Of a stretch of DNA of 64,000 nucleotides, positions 33,254-47,478 are shown one piece after another. The stretch is from Psammoneis japonica. Its lineage: Eukaryota. The DNA is taken from contig QPGO01000126.1 of assembly GCA_008632985.1 (NCBI GenBank), forward strand, positions 124,001 through 188,000. The letters are read 5' to 3'. The notes below the pieces were generated by a model. That model did no database searches and was not told where the DNA came from. It worked only from the letters and a program-made list of their open reading frames with translations. Each line of letters opens with the position of its first letter. The first letter of the stretch is position 1. A program made the position numbers and the translations under genes.

Positions 33254-36200
33254 ATGGAATCAACTGATGTTGTCGCTGCTTCTACCAATGAGGAAGTGTC
33301 CGTGGCAAGCAGCTGTACGAGCGAGTATCAGACGGCGCCAGAGGATCTCGAGCCGAGTCAACAACTAAAGCCCGTTTCAGAGCTCGCAGCCGTTCCAGAA
33401 GAAGAAGAAACAACACAAGAAGCGTCTCCGGTTCAGCTCTGGCATTCGATGCATGCGGAATTGCAAAATATTTGCAAGTCTCTATCGTGTTCGTTGTGTT
33501 TGAGCACCTATACAAATCCCGTCATTTTAGACTCGTGCCTTCACGCATACTGCCGAGACTGTATTTTGCGTGCGCTGCAGGAAAATAAAAAGTGTCCTTT
33601 ATGTGGCAACAAAGCCACGAGACGTTCTCTGGTGGATGCTCCGCATTTCGAGTCACTCGTCAAGGCATACAAGCACGTATCTCGTGCCATGGGACTGACT
33701 CCTATGGAGTATGACGAGGAATTGGAAGGGTGCATGACACAGCTGCCGCCTGAAGAACAAGAAGGAAACAAGGCATCGCTGTTGGATTGTCATGTGCATT
33801 TGCAAGTCTCCAAAACGTGGCATGACGTGTTGCAACGCACATCTCATCATACGACACAAGAAGAGCGCCTATTACAAGAACGGGCCAAGGTTGTAAAGGC
33901 AAACGAGCGTGCTTTGGTCAAAGCTGCAGTGAGACAGCAACAAGAAAAGCAGAGTAGCAGAGCTGCAGCAGCTGAATCCAAATCGCCACAAGAGTCACCC
34001 AAGTTGGTAACCTTTGCCACCAAGAATGATTCTTCTCAACGAGATAACGACGAAAACTCGCATACCACCATCAACAACGAAGAGGAAGAGGAGTTTCTGA
34101 CTGGAAACGAGGAACAACCACCAGACGTACCGCCGACGAGCCAAGAGCTTCGTGACGCTTCCATGGAACAAGAAGCGACCAATCGTCCCGCCGAAGACAT
34201 GCTACATGAAGAGCAAGTGCTGCAAGAATCCGCCACCAGCATGGTGCCGCCCACGAGCCAAGAAATTCGAGACGCCTCCATGGAACAAGAAGCGGCCGAT
34301 CGCTCCGCGGAAGATATGCTTTATGAAGAGCAGCAAGAATCATCCACGGCCAACACGCAGGACTTATTTAGTCCCAACACACGCGAAACCATGAGACGTC
34401 TTAGCAAGGAAGCCAATGATGTGTTGGAGTCTCTTCACAAGCCGTCCGAAAGCAGCAATAGTAACGATAATGATGATGACGATGGTATGGTGGCAGAAGT
34501 TTTGAATCTCGAAAAGGCAACCGAAGGCTTGCGTCGTGAATTAGACCGACCCGATCTCAAGAGACAAGCCATGAGTAGTAGTGGCGAGGGATTAATGCAC
34601 GAGACGGAAGCATCATTGCCGAATGATGAAACCGACGATGCTTCGTTTGCGAATGATAACGAAAACAACGATTCATCCGAGAGCAGCGACTTTGATCAAA
34701 CGGCAGGGACGCAAGATATTCGAGATATTCTGGATTTGCCTCCGCCCCGCAAGCGCTCGCAACCTCAAGAAGACAAGGAGAACCAAACTCCAACTCAGAA
34801 CCAAGCTTCGACACCAGCGACTAGAGTGGTTGAAAAGAGCATTCCTGAAGAAGTACCTCAGCAAAAAGAACCGCAACAAGAAGTAGAACGTGAAGACGAG
34901 CCATCGCACTACGCTGTGGGGACGGTGGTGCAGATTCAGTCGCGAACGTGGCCGGGTGTCAACAAACCGGGTGGTGTTGCGCGGATATCTAAGGTATCGC
35001 TTGAACCATCCATTACCTATGACGTTTCCTACGTGTTGGGTGGTAAGGAAAAGTCGGTCGATGCAGGATTTGTATCACTCTACAACGACAGCATGAAGCA
35101 AGAGCAAAAGGCTAGGCGAGTGACCGTCAAAGAAGAATCATCATTAGAAATTCCAGCGTCTCTTTTGTTGAAACTTAAGGCTAGTGGATTTGCCACTGAC
35201 GCCAAGACGGAACGCGCCGTATTGAACAAGGCGAAAAAGGAAAGGGAATCCAAGACGGACCACACGAAGGCGACGAAAGTATTGAAAAAGGCGGCGAAGA
35301 AGGCTCCAACAAAGCCGGGCGACAAGCGTACTAATAGTAAAGCCCCAAAACCGAAGCCTAAGCGTCGCAAACGAGACCTTACCGACAACGAAAAAATCGA
35401 TTTGGCCGATGCTCATTATGCCGAATGGTTTCAACAGGCTCAAAGCAATGGCATTGTATACGTGGTGTCTTCGTTTCTATCTGATCGAGACAATGACTTG
35501 TTGCAGTTGCTCTGCAAAGAAACTAGAAAATCAAAAGGTTTGTAGCTGACCGATACGAACCGCTCGCAGCGTCTACCATTCCACTCACTTCCACTTTGTG
35601 CTTCTTCTTTTCCAGTGGTCGTGAAAGTTTNNNNNNNNNNNNNNNNNNNNNNNNNNNNNNNNNNNNNNNNNNNNNNNNNNNNNNNNNNNNNNNNNNNNNN
35701 NNNNNNNNNNNNNNNNNNNNNNNNNNNNNNNNNNNNNNNNNNNNNNNNNNNNNNNNNNNNNNNNNNNNNNNNNNNNNNNNNNNNNNNNNNNNNNNNNNNN
35801 NNNNNNNNNNNNNNNNNNNNNNNNNNNNNNNNNNNNNNNNNNNNNNNNNNNNNNNNNNNNNNNNNNNNNNNNNNNNNNNNNNNNNNNNNNNNNNNNNNNN
35901 NNNNNNNNNNNNNNNNNNNNNNNNNNNNNNNNNNNNNNNNNNNNNNNNNNNNNNNNNNNNNNNNNNNNNNNNNNNNNNNNNNNNNNNNNNNNNNNNNNNN
36001 NNNNNNNNNNNNNNNNNNNNNNNNNNNNNNNNNNNNNNNNNNNNNNNNNNNNNNNNNNNNNNNNNNNNNNNNNNNCGGTAGTCCTCTTGTGCGATGATGC
36101 AGAGTCGACAAGCTTGTCTGATGCATTGGTAAATGCTGCAACGAGAGCCATAGACTCTGGCTCTGGAGTTTTGGCGGTAGACGCCGCTTGGCTTTTGATT

Positions 36201-36288
36201 CCATACTTGTGGCATAGTCATGGCCGCAGAGTACTATGAGCCAGCAAATTCGAACGCAAGACAGTTGTGGAAAATGAGTCGAGCATAG
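33254..36288 (+). CDS. RING-BRCT protein, copy 2 (interrupted by assembly gap)
   Basis: RING keeps Tyr (STYTNP, HAYCRD). N run lies inside exon 2. Confidence 0.75.
35631..36075. other. Assembly gap (N run)
   Basis: 445 Ns, about the length of the missing part of BRCT exon 2. Confidence 1.
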
Positions 36289-37061
36289 TTACGAAACTCT
36301 GAATCTACCTATAGAAATTTGATTCTGAATGAGGACACCCGTGCCTCCAGTCGAACCAGTTATTCAAACGAATTCCGATGGACTTCATCGTGTGGAACGG
36401 CGACAACCTCCTTTCCGTAGATAGTATCTAGAGGTTTTTCACTCGCATCCGCTTCTTGCTGTTTTCTCTATGGCATGTAGCTACCGGTAGGCTTAGAAAG
36501 AGAGCTATGTATCAACAATGCTGCTCGCCGTCCAAAGAAAAAAGTTGGTGTTTGAGTCGTGATTGACACGCTCGCGCCACCTCTCCCTGTTTGCCCAACC
36601 CAACTCACTTGTACCCGAAGGATCGTGCCTCAGCATTCATCCTTCATCCCAGCGGCTTTTTATTATTTTCCCATTACCGGTTTTTAGAAGCTCCACCGTC
36701 TTCCATCTTCGATCCTCCTCATGAAATCAAACCTTTTGCAAATAAAACGGAAAGATACATAGAGGAAACACGATCTTGTCGATCTCTTCTGTATCTCTCG
36801 TCCCTTTTATGGCGCTGCTCGCAGGAATTCCCAATTCCCTTTGTATCATTGAACCTCATGACTGAGGATCATGATTCATGTAACCATGACTGAACTTAGC
36901 CTTGCTTCAGATGCGTTGATCGATTTCAACACGATTGAGATCATCTGATTCTCTCCACTCTCCACGCTATCGGTCACTTTTTTAAACAGAGACGAGATCT
37001 GCTTCTCTCACAATCTAGAAACGCTCCTCTGTTCAAGGAAACAGCTGTCTTGCATTGTAAC

Positions 37062-38138
37062 ATGGCCTCTCGTGCTCATTGTCCTCCAGCCTCTGTCTCA
37101 AAGGGATCCGAAGCGACCGGCGTTCCCGAGAAGGAGCCGACTGTGCCGAAGCCGACCATTCTCCTCAACAATGCTGTCAACTACTCCCACGGTCATCGTA
37201 CGTCCCAAACAGTCTGGACTGTGTTGAAGACTAGCTTTGTGCTCGTCAGCCTTTTCTGGGGATACAATCACTTCGTTTCTAAGAAACCGTCAGTTAAGGA
37301 TGATTTGACATACTTCACTTCAGGTCTTCAGCGCCAAAATAACCTGGCCAGCATTGAGGACCTGCCAACAGACAGTTTTCATAAATGTGCTCAGGCATGT
37401 TGCGTCAAGTCATTTCATCCAGCAGACGAGGTCCGGCAGCTTCTTCGAAAGAAGCTCAATCGGTTGCCCGTTGAAGTTCGAGAAAGCATCATAGAAACAG
37501 TTGTTGAGGAAGGAGTCACCGACCTAAATTCCTTTGGTGATTCGACGGCGACGTTTGCGGCCGATGGTCGAGCACACTATTTCAAAGGCTTTTACTCTAC
37601 CGTCTGCGACGACACCTTCACGGTCTTCAAATCCAAAATGTACGCGACTTGCGTCGTTGCATCCGGAATCACCTTTGATGTTGCTGAAGCAGTGATCGAT
37701 TACAAACAAGAAACTAGGGAAGAGGTGGTTGGCGTGAAGCCATGCGAGTGTGGCTACTTTTGGTGTGCAGAGTGCCCTCTCACAAAAACCAAGACAGTCA
37801 AGACGCCCGTGTTCAAGCGCCATAGCCTGACTCTGAAGCAGCAAGGCCAACTTTCAGAATGGTTAAGGAGGGAAGCAATGATGGAAGCTGAAGATGTCGT
37901 TGGAACCGGGAGGACTATCCACATGAGTCCCCCCAGGGCACGACAACTCGACGACGCGATCAAGGACTTTGCAAAACCAGACTTGGAGGGTAGCTTCTAT
38001 CATCTGGAAGGGAACGCCTCCATTGCAGACACCCAATTCTCTAGAGAGAAAGTGTCGAGCATTGCACGTTCTCAGTTTGAAATTAGTTCAACTTGTGCCG
38101 GTGTTCGGTTGAGAGACTTGAATCCTTCCTTGTTGTAA
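37062..38138 (+). CDS. Unknown single-TM protein, copy 2, with stop-loss read-through
   Basis: ATTTAA in copies 1 and 3 reads ACCCAA at 38031-38036, extending the ORF by 34 codons. Confidence 0.6.
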   Translation: MASRAHCPPASVSKGSEATGVPEKEPTVPKPTILLNNAVNYSHGHRTSQTVWTVLKTSFVLVSLFWGYNHFVSKKPSVKDDLTYFTSGLQRQNNLASIEDLPTDSFHKCAQACCVKSFHPADEVRQLLRKKLNRLPVEVRESIIETVVEEGVTDLNSFGDSTATFAADGRAHYFKGFYSTVCDDTFTVFKSKMYATCVVASGITFDVAEAVIDYKQETREEVVGVKPCECGYFWCAECPLTKTKTVKTPVFKRHSLTLKQQGQLSEWLRREAMMEAEDVVGTGRTIHMSPPRARQLDDAIKDFAKPDLEGSFYHLEGNASIADTQFSREKVSSIARSQFEISSTCAGVRLRDLNPSLL

Positions 38139-38400
38139 CTCTAGTTGCAATTGGAATCGACGTGAACTGCAAATGCTAGCAGGAGACGTCCAACAGTTTT
38201 TCCTGGGACCGTCTGCAATGCAACCTGCAATCCTCCGAAAATGAAGTTCGCCTCGTAAGTTAACCCACAACCCGCGACCGACGTGCCATTGACGGAGCCA
38301 AAGGTTCAACAGAGATGTTGGTTTCGACACTGCAATTTCACGTTCATCGTACAAAGGGCGTGGCTCAGCGAAGTCGATCAAAGGGAGCAATGCCTTACAA

Positions 38401-39141
38401 TCATTTCCAAGAATGCAAACTTGCCCCTAAATCAATGGTGGCTTCTCCGTCCGGTGCAAAAGCCAAATCCCCATTGTGGACATTTTTCCACACGGAGGAA
38501 TCCCCCATTGATCTCAAGAGTGCTTCAGATGGAATGACGTTGCTGACACAAAACAGAATTCCTCCTGGTGCCGTCACTCGCGTCAATTCCGTTATAGAAT
38601 CTTGAAACACATCCTTCCCAGCAATGTGCATTGCATCCAAGGTGCCCTTGTCGAAAATGGCATCAATCGATTGATTCGGAATCATGCGCAAGTTTCTAGC
38701 ATCGGCCGTTGCCAAAGAGACATTGGCATTTCGCAGTCGATCGGGTCCAAACAGTTCCTTGGCACGATCAATTCCAGCTTGAGAATGATCAAAGGCTGTC
38801 ATGGTTTGGTTCCAGCCAGCATCGTGCAATTCGATGGGAGTCGGATCATTTCCCATGCCTGCCACCAAGACATGAGCTTGGCAATTGGGAACCAGTTCCC
38901 TCCAAAAGGGAGCAATTTCATTCCAACCGCAACTCCAAGAATGCGAACTCGAAGGACGATCTCCGACTCCCTCACGCATTTCATCCCAACAGCTCTTCAT
39001 CCCAAATTTACATTTCCCCGTTGTTTCATCCATGTTGGCATTCTTCGACGGCAACACTGCACAAGAAGAGTGCGACGATTGATGCAGTCGACCTTGCATG
39101 GCAAAGGCCACTGCAACAAGAGCTTTGGGAACGAAGACCAC
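38401..39141 (-). pseudogene. SAM methyltransferase, copy 2, hypermutated
   Basis: Tyr lost, often to a different residue than in copy 1. Confidence 0.75.
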
Positions 39142-39365
39142 ACTTCTTCTTTTAGATTTCGGTTCTGTTCAGATGGAAGAATTAACAGTCTTAAAGAGGA
39201 GCAAAGAGTTCTCGCTTCTCGCCCTCCATTCCCTCCAACCTCAATCGCAATCAATCAGTCGCAATCATCTACGATTTTGGGATTTTGGGTTTTGCTCACC
39301 GATTTATTTACGGACGATGGACAGCCCTGTGCTAACCGACAGATATAAAATGCGCATGCATGCAT

Positions 39366-41008
39366 GTCTCTCGCTCTGAGATCCCTCAATTTTCATGTCA
39401 CTGGTGCCGTGCTCATTGCCACTGTCCTTGCATCTTGTTGGATTGATCAGACACAGCAGTCTGACAGGTTATGGCCTTCATTAGATTGTTCTGCTGTGTC
39501 AAGAACAACTGATTCGTTTTTTTTTTTGGCAGACGAGACGATGCCCTTGCTTCTTGTGTCCCTCTCGGGTGCAGAAAGCAGCTGCAGGCACGTCAGCAGA
39601 GGGTCATCAGCACTGCAGAAGACATGCTGGAGCCTGTGGGTGTTTTTTTCTGCACCTCCAGCATGACCAAAGATGAGAAAAATGGCAATCTTCTCAAGAT
39701 TGTCAAGACCACTTTGCTGTCAATTTCAGCCCCCTTCACATCACCCTTGTTTTGCTCTCCAAACGATGCTGGCACACTGCTGCTGTGTCCTCAACCACAG
39801 CTTTGCACCAACAATTGCCTTCCCCTGGGCAACATTCTGGGTGGCTTCACTCCTTGTGGTCTGTGCAGCAATTCCACGCCAATCATTTGTCAGAAGATTC
39901 TCCAGGACTTGATCGTTCTTCAAGCAGCGGCTCTGCGCACTCTTTGAAAAGAAGGCACACCTCTGCCAGGTGCTGTCAGCAACCCAAATGGACCTCAGAA
40001 ACATCTGAACTTCTTCTCCTCTTTGCAGAAGACTGCGCTCCAAGCAACATGATTTGACAATGATGGCGCTGTTGAGATTCACACTGGGGCAGTGTTGCTC
40101 TTTTTCTGACACCCGGCATTGCATCACACAGGTGCTCGCCACATGCTCTCCAACGGCTGTCCTCCAGATGATCAACCCTCTGACTGCAACCTCTTCAGGT
40201 GCTCCTGCCCCTCACTTGACATGGGAGTCATTTTTAAATGTCGCAACACACGCACCTCCCACTCATTCTTGACAACATCAACAGCTTGGCATGAGAGACC
40301 ACACCAGCAGATTGCACACTGCAAGCAACCACACTGCAGCTCACCTTTGCCTCTCTGCAAGACAACAACCAATCAGCAAACCATGGCCCATGGCACCCAC
40401 ACATGCCCAGCTTTGGGAGGCCCTGCCTGAAAAAAGCGCACATCATCACCCAGCATGTTGTGCCAGCTCCCTGGGTGTGCTGCTGTCTGCTGCTGCTGGT
40501 CAGCAGCACATTGCTGAAGCAGCCGCAGCAGCACGCTGCTGATGTTTTGTTTGTTGCCTGGGTCATGAGAGCATTGCTGATGAGAGTTCCTTGGCAGTGT
40601 CTTTTGGGATTGTTTTTTCTGTGACAGAACCCTCTTTATGTTGAAAAGAGCCAGGGGTGTGCGAGTCATGCAAGCAATGTGTCACAGCTGCTGCAGCAAT
40701 GGAGTGGCTTGAGCTCAATGTCCTGCTCATCTGGTTGTGGCCATCATGCAGGCATCAGATGAGTGGGCAATGACAACACTCTTCTTTTTCACATGCGCCG
40801 CTTTTTGAAACATGAGTTTTTTCCTTGGTGGGGCACAGCCTTGGTGCATGCTGCTGTTTGTTTTGGTGCAAAAATTGCCACAAAATGATTTCAAACCTGG
40901 ACAGAGATCCCTTTTCCTGTTGGCCTGAGCTTGCATTCCAACCCTGGGTGGGGCTGTGCACGACATTGGGCCCACAGAGTTCTGTGCACAAGCTCTGCAG
41001 CAAAGTCA
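39366..41008. mobile_element. Decayed TpA/CpG-depleted tract, copy 2
   Basis: Near-identical to 25130-26773. Confidence 0.45.
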
Positions 41009-41462
41009 TCAGGGAGGCACAGCACGGGCATCTTTATCGTGCATTTGTGAAAATGAATGAATCGCGATGGCTGCATTTGAAATGATGTGTGGCGCCCTGT
41101 CTCTGCTAGAGCAGAATTCAAAGTGTTGAGGCAGGTGTCAACCGTGTCATGAATGCGCCACCACGTCGTGTGTTCTCCACGAATAAATCCGCGAACTGCC
41201 CCTCATCAGAGGACAATTCGTCGGAACTCAGATTCCTTTCAATGTACCGCCATCAGTAACATTTCTACGAGATGTCGGGAATGAAAGAAGGAGCGCTCTT
41301 ACCACCGCATGTTTCAGTCGCACAATCCAATCGCGCTTGTGTGATGCATCGTGCGTTCTCATCACAGAAGATTTTCGCATCTGCTCGCATCTGGCATCTT
41401 CTTCAATCTCTCATATCTGCAGAACACAAAAAAAAGATACCTAAAGATACGCTTTCGAGACA

Positions 41463-42298
41463 ATGGCCAAGAGACTCGCGACTCAGATTGTGATTGCCGC
41501 CTTTCAGGACGAAGAGGCTGTGGATGCCGTTGAAACGGCAGTCGCCAGTGCAGAATGGGACGCCAAGCAAATCATTTGCACCAACATGGCCAAGGCCAAA
41601 AAAGACAAGGCTGGCAAAATGTCCGTCAAGGAATTAGGAAAGCCGAGCGACGTTGGAGCTGCAGCCACGGGCGGTGGTATCGGTGCGGTCTTGGGTGGAT
41701 TGGCTCTTTGTTTGCTGGGACCAGCAGGAGCGGCGGCTGGTGCCGCTGCCGGAGGAGCCACCGGAGCGGCTATCGCTGGCTATGCCAATCATCAAGTGGA
41801 GGGTCTTGACAAGGACAAGCTCCAAAAGCTTGGGACGGCTCTCAAACCCGGCACTTCGGCCATTGTCTTGGTTTTCGATGAAGTTATTGTCTCCAAGAAG
41901 GATATTGAAACCGAGTTGGAACTATGGAAGGAAGGTACCGACTTGTTAGTGGATTCCATGACGACCAAGATTACCGAACACTTGGAGGCCGGTGACGACA
42001 TTGCCTATCATTTGGCGTTGGGTGCCGATGGATTTACCGGTTCGCGTTTTGTACTTGGAAAGGACGCCATGAATATCCATAACTTGGTCTTGACGCCTGA
42101 TTCATTTCGGCGGAAGAATTGACCGCCACGGAGGATGGTGTTGCCTTGGAGGCGGCTGTTGCCACGCCGGAACAGCTCACGACGGCTCGTGCCTTGCTCA
42201 CGTCTTCGGTATGTGCTTATGAAGTCACGGCTATGACAGAGGATGAAGCCGTCTATGAAGCTGGTGTTGCAGTCGCGGATAAACAGTTGGAAGAATGA
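41463..42298 (+). CDS. DUF1269-like protein, copy 3 (1-nt deletion ~42100, possibly a sequencing error)
   Basis: Otherwise identical to copies 1 and 2. Confidence 0.65.
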
Positions 42299-42948
42299 GA
42301 AGTTGATTGACGAAAGGCACCCCTTTTCTCGTTGTGTAAGTTGTTTAGTAACTTGGTTATTCAGTTTTATTTTCTATTATAGAGTATGTTATAAAGTATG
42401 CTACAGTGCATCGACATATCCTAGCATAATGAGCTAATGCTTAGCTCGAGCTTACAACAGGAAGAGATGAAGACGATCGCTTTCTGACTACTAGGGCCCT
42501 AGTACACGACTTCAAACCACAACACGCTCCAACTGCAGCCGAATTTAGAAGACTTAGCTGTTCGATAGCTATCTAGTTGAAAACTACGATGATTTTGTGA
42601 TGAAAGCTGTCTTTTCCGGCAATTGTTCGATTGGGTTGCCTTCGTTAGGATACGAGGCTTTATTTCGCAGAGGAAGGAATCGGGTGCAAAATCTTGGTCC
42701 CTGGAGATGCTGTGAACGAGCAATTGCTGCGCACCGCGTAGTAGCTCCGACTGACAGAATAGCAGGGTTAGGACGCTGCTACGGTACCAAAACATGTCGC
42801 GTTACGTCTTCACAAATGCTGTCTTCTTCCCTCGGCTCTTTGTCTTGTCTCTAATCATGACATCTTGCTCTGGCTAGAGTCTTGCCAGTGGATGGGGCTG
42901 TCTGCTGAGAACCAAGAGAGAGGCGGGCCCCTACGTGCCCTTTCTGGA

Positions 42949-45900
42949 TTACGACCAGTTGTGTGCTTTTAAACAGAAGATTAAGGGAGCCCATGTAGAG
43001 CGGAAGGGAACAGCAGAGGGAGGCACGGAGGCAGCTGTAGAGACGGCAGAGTAGAAGGGTCGAAGGACGCAAGACGAAGGGCGTTTTGAGGAAGGCATGG
43101 GTGAGGAGGGAGCAGGGAGAGAGGAAGTGAATCGGAGGATGTGCGTAGAAAGGTGAAGAACGACGTTGCAGGCAAGAGTTTGGGTGGCCCACTGGGATGG
43201 GGTGGCCGCACGGCAGGTGTTCCCAAAGCGATCGGCGGACAGGCGACGCCATTCGAAGTCAGCGGAGGGAAGGATTGCAGACGGAGACGACAAAGCGTAG
43301 AGCGAGGAAGGCGGAGCAGGAGGCATCGGAGTGACGAAAGTCAGAGGAAGAGGACCAGGGTGGCTTGGGCTGAGAGCCGATGGAGGAGGATGTAGAACCA
43401 AAGAGCAAGCGGTGAGCAAAGCAGCCGAGACCACCAAGGTGATCTACAGTGAAGGGGAGCAGGAAGATGCCATCGTTGTCAAGCGAAGAAACAACAAGGG
43501 ATCCATCGGCAGAGGAAGTGGAGGGGCCAAGAAACTTCAATCTCGTGCTCGAGTGGTGTGCCTCAGTTAAAACAGGAGAAGAGGGGGCAGGCAGACCTGG
43601 AGGAGGGCGAGAGGAAGCTTGAGGGACGGCAACGTCCACTGCAATGTAGTGATGGCGGGAGGGAGTGGAAGGGAGGCGGGAGGGGGGATTAAAATGCCGA
43701 CATCAGCGGGACGGAGGAGCGGGCGGGTGGGGAGCAGGTTGGTGGGTTCAAGATGAACGTCATTGGGGGATCGACAGAACTCTGCAAGAGGACCCAAAGT
43801 TTGGGCTGGGATGAAAACAGTGCACCGAGACCATTGGAGAGCTTGGACTTGTGAGCACGGCGGCAAGAAAAGGCATGATCACCACAGGCATCCAGGATGG
43901 CATGGCCACAGGGACAGGGAGTGTTGACAAGGGACGGAGGAAGGATGGGGAGACGAAGCTTGCGAAGGGCGGCAATGACGCAGGCGTCCGAAGAAAGGCG
44001 GGAGCTTGGGAAGCGACGGAGAAGGAATGAAGAGGGAGGCTTGTAAGCGGAGATGGCAATGAAGGGAGCGAAGATTGCACGTCGTGACATGAGTTGGCAA
44101 GGATGGAGGTTGCTGCTTGCTGCTGATGTTCATGGCAGAGGCGACAAGCCAGGCCAGGAAGAGTGGCCGATTTAACCAGGGCAGCCAAGGAAGAAGAGGA
44201 AAGGGTGGAGGCGGAAGCCAGAGCGGGAGCATGACGGCGGAAGAGCGCACAGAGTCGCAGGGAAGAGCGAGGGTTGGACCAGGAAGACAGGGAGAGCCGA
44301 AAGCAGTGCGGAAGGGAAACAGAAGCGCCAGATGGCAGGCTGACACCGTGCGAAGCAAAGCGGAACGAGCGGAGAAGCGACACCAAGAAGGAAGGAATGG
44401 CAGCAGCTGTTGGATCTCGGAGACCAAACCCGCCTGAGGAGGCAGGAAGGAAGGCGATGGCAATAGAATGATCAGGAAAAGGAGCGGCGAAGGAAGTGAC
44501 GCAGTGAAGAAAGCGGTGAGTGACGGTGAGGAGGAAATCTTGAAACGGAGAGGTCCAGAGAAAGGGGTCGGGAGGATTGTCGGGGTCGAAGTTGTGGCAG
44601 AAGTCAGCCCCAAGGAGGTGAGCAGAGGATGGAACAAAACAGTGCTTGAAGAGTTGAGCCTGGGTTTGTTTGTCATGAAGACGGGTGAGAAGCACATCAA
44701 CTTTGTCGGAGAGAGCAGAGGAAGTGTCGGAAAGGAAGGAGGTGGTGAAGTCGTGGGAGCCGAGGGGCTGTCCGAGGAAGCAAACACCAGAGGTGAGTTC
44801 GGGGTTGTGGGAGGGGTCATTGGCAGGGTTTAAGAAGGAAAGTGCAGCACAGAGAGGATCGGCACGGGAAGGGGGAAGAGCAGGGATGGGGCTAACACCG
44901 GCAATGGAGGTGAGGATCTTGGTTTTACGGAGGTTGAGGGAGATCCCGCAGGGAGCGCCGAGGGCGGAGAAGCGTTCAAGGAACCATGGGAGCACGGAAT
45001 GGGGAAGGAAAGCATGAGCATCATCAACGCAGGAGCCAACTGAGACAGAGGAACGGCCAGGGATTCGTTCTTGAAGTTCTTGGTTGATTGGACGAAGAAC
45101 CAGAGAGAGGACTGGGCTGGCGAAGACAGGGCCGAGAGGGCATCCTTGGGCAAATCCCTCTTCTTGAAGAAAGGAGCCCCAGGAAGAATCGGGTCGGCGA
45201 TACCAACATGCGTTGGAACTTTGACACAGAAGGTCAAAAAAAGGAAGCAGAGGATGGAAGGCAGGGGTGGAGGTGAGAACGTGTCGACAGGCATCTCGGG
45301 ATGCTTCGTTGAACACATTGACAAGGTCAAGAAGAAGAAGAACCTTGGTGGAGTCGGCGGAAGAAAGACATTGTTCAATGTTGGCAAGAGCAGAGTGAAT
45401 GAGACAATCGAGGCCACCTTTGACACCAATGCCAAATTGGCCATCTGGGAGGAGACATTCGGTGAATGCAGAACCAAAGAGAGTCATGACGACGGAGCCA
45501 GCAATGCGACGGAGAGCAGTGCCGACGCCAATGGGGCGAAGCTTGTTGAGGTCGCTGGCATCTTCATGCAGAGCGACAAAGCAGTTTGAAGCAAACAAGG
45601 AATGGACGGAGGGAGGAATGGAGCCATGGAGAAGGAGAAGGACAAGCTCACGGAAGGATGACAAGCAGGGACGTTGAGCAACTCCTGTCGGGGTTTTGGC
45701 AGAATGAAGGGCGCAGGACTTGAAGAGGTCGGTAGAATCAGCAAAGACGCCGGCAGCAGTCCCAGGCTTGCATTTGGAGAGAGCAGAAAGAAGAGCGTCG
45801 GAGGAGAGCTCAATGGGCTCGTCATGAAGGGAGGAGGCCAAGCGAGTTGAAGGAGGATCAGGCAGGTCGGAGGGATGCAGGCGAGGAGGGTAGAGCTTGA

Positions 45901-47201
45901 GGATGGTGGGAAGGCATTCAGGAGCAACGGCAGCAACAGGAAGCGCAGAGGTGAGCTTGGAGCAGGCCGAGTGAAAGTCATCTTCGTCGGCGCAGACTTG
46001 AGCGGAACAGCAACATGTGGAAGCAGAAAAGTCGGGGGAAGATGAGGAGAGGCGCGGCGCATGGAGCAGGCTTCGTGGCAGAGTTGGCGAATGCAGCCAC
46101 GGCGGAAGAGGGACAAGCGGGAGGCAATGGTGGGGCCAAACTTGGAGCGTGGCGGAACAGGAGCAAGAATGAGAGCTTCAAAGAGTAAGAGAAGCTTCCA
46201 GAAGGGAGTGGAGTCACGTTGCCACGTAGGAATGAGATGGGAAGGGTCAGACAGGGGCTGGGAGGCGGCCAGCACCCAGCTTGTCACATGGTGAAGAGCG
46301 GAGCAGAGTTCCTTGCGGGCAGAGGACGAGAGCTTGCGGCGACAGGAAGCTCGGAAAGGCGGAGGCTTGAGTGCAAGAGCATGGAGCCATTGTAGCGAGG
46401 GACCCCAGTCACCTAGATTGTGGAAGGACGAGAGAACAATGTCAGTGTTGAGGGAAGAGCGAGGAGCAAAGTGCTTGTTCTGCAAGTGATTGCGGAGGTG
46501 GGTGGCAGACAGGTGGGTGTGTTGGCCACGATTGCAATGCCTGCAGACATGCAAACCAGCGGTGTCAAAGAAGGACGTAGGTGCATGAGAAAGGGAGAGG
46601 CAGGGATGCTCCTGGCAAAGATGGCTGCGCACAGTGGCAGGAAGAGATGATGCATCAATGGAAGGAGGGGACCAGGAGCAGAAGGGGCAAGTTGGCGGGG
46701 CACGGGCTTCGGTGGGCTCCACGAGGCGATGAGGTCGCGGAGGGAGTCGATGTCAGGGGCTGCAGCCCGGATGGCTTCTTCGTAGAAAGGTTTCCAGGCA
46801 GAAAGGCGGCCGGGCAGCAAGCACCTACGAAGGCATCAAGGACATCCAAGAGTTCCATCTCGCGCTGGGACTGCTGAGGAGAAACCGAGTCATCAGATTC
46901 GGTCTGCACAATTGCATCGGGAGTGGTGGGGGGCGGAGAGGTCTGCACAACTACGGCAGGAATGGCAGGGGGTGGAGAGGAAGCATCGGGAGAAGAGTGG
47001 GGGCGCTTGGAGGGAGGAGGCTCGGCAGTGAGGGAGCGGGCTTGGGAGGATGGGAGGAAGGAGATGCAGCAGTGGGGAGCGGATCTTGGGGTTTGGGGAG
47101 CTGCCAGTCTTGAGCAAGCAGCTCGAGGGCACGACACGAGAAAGAATCTCGAGAGGGGGCAGGCGGCTGAAGAGCAGCAGAGGCGTGGGATGGGAAGCCA
47201 T
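42949..47201 (-). mobile_element. RLE-type non-LTR retrotransposon, copy 3
   Basis: Same motifs, with extra 1-nt deletions mostly in homopolymers. Confidence 0.9.
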
Positions 47202-47478
47202 GCTGTCGCCATGGGTAGATTACGCAAAGAAGAAGGCGTGCGTGCTGTATTGTCCGTTGGCTGTGCGATGCGATGCTTACCTGTATGCCGTGTTGAGCAC
47301 TTTTCTGCGTCATCTGCTTTCTTGTCTGTGCGCGCCATTTTTGAGTTTCGACTTCCGAAGACACGCCGACACGCACAACGCACACCACGAGGCACGCAAC
47401 ATGCAACAAACTCACAACGGATGTACGGTACCGACTTCAGATGCCAGTGAGTGTAAGAACGAATCGCATACTGTAACC

